A DNA stretch of 62,821 nt, counting the filler, from an uncultured bacterium (GTDB taxonomy: Bacteria; DYJV01), in the NCBI GenBank assembly GCA_964543655.1. It is 4 parts of 4 records of this genome, joined end to end, with 100 filler letters (N's around TTAATTAATTAA, not from the genome) between each part and the next. Parts side by side here need not be neighbours in the genome. Positions count along the whole stretch, not along the records: positions 55,154 to 62,821 come from CAZIZE010000034.1; 3 more parts are not named here. One strand, given 5' to 3'. A program made the position numbers and the translations under genes. The notes beneath the pieces are model-generated. The model had not been told where the DNA came from. It saw nothing but the letters and a program-made list of their open reading frames with translations, and made no database searches. This document shows positions 62,542 through 62,821 of the stretch, piece by piece. Position 1 is the stretch's first letter, and each line of letters begins with the position of its first letter.

Positions 62542-62742
62542 ATCTCCTCCTCTCTTTTTTTATAATATTAACACTAAATTCCTTTTTTTTCAACTTTTCT
62601 TATGCTTGCAATTTTTTAACTTTGAAAAAATAAGTTAATTTTGATAAACATTAAGTCATACAAAACTAAAAAATTTATAGAATAAGATTTCAAATTATAA
62701 TAAAAATAGTGAAGCATCTTAGCATAAATATTTAAATAAAAG

Positions 62743-62821
62743 AAAATAAGGAAACTTTACTTGACTTAAAAATACTCATAATCTATACTGAAGAATATCT
62801 TAACTTCAAGAATAGGAGTTT
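62743..62821 (+). repeat. 79-bp exact direct repeat, copy 2, containing promoter and SD; window ends just before the expected ATG
   Basis: Identical to 197-275. Confidence 0.97.

Overview
AT-rich bacterial sequence (roughly 30% GC by eye) with an anaerobic deltaproteobacteria-like gene set (Desulfobacterota or Deferribacterota-like; taxonomy is inference). It is four contigs (1-16856, 16957-43557, 43658-55053, 55154-62821) joined by identical 100-bp artificial linkers (44N-TTAATTAATTAA-44N), so adjacency across gaps is unproven. Contig 1 carries a core methionine-synthase-like gene, yyaL-like gene, leuS, nth, nfo, glnB-glnA divergent from a NifA-like sigma54 activator, an ABC-2 transporter, a GT4, cbiB, mnmG and a mutS 3' end. 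Contig 2 is the highlight: a ~24-kb extracellular electron transfer locus with nine multiheme cytochromes (110 heme-binding motifs counted, including five atypical ones). It has four OmcS-like nanowire subunit candidates of 6, 8, 6 and 7 hemes, an OmcS-companion-like assembly operon (beta-barrel, three CsgG-like proteins, PPIase, 26- and 16-heme cytochromes, NHL propellers), a two-component sigma54 activator, a REC-GGDEF cyclase and five sigma54 promoters. Contig 3 has an AAA-ATPase fragment, relA/spoT, a three-gene glutamate synthase, dusB with a stand-alone Fis-like gene, a lipoprotein and an OM protein. Contig 4 has aspC-ligA-cooS-FAD oxidoreductase-cooF-small Cys protein in one run. Also seen: a dispersed intergenic repeat family, REP-like elements, several leaderless genes and a 79-bp promoter repeated at both ends. 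No rRNA, tRNA, CRISPR array or transposase was found.
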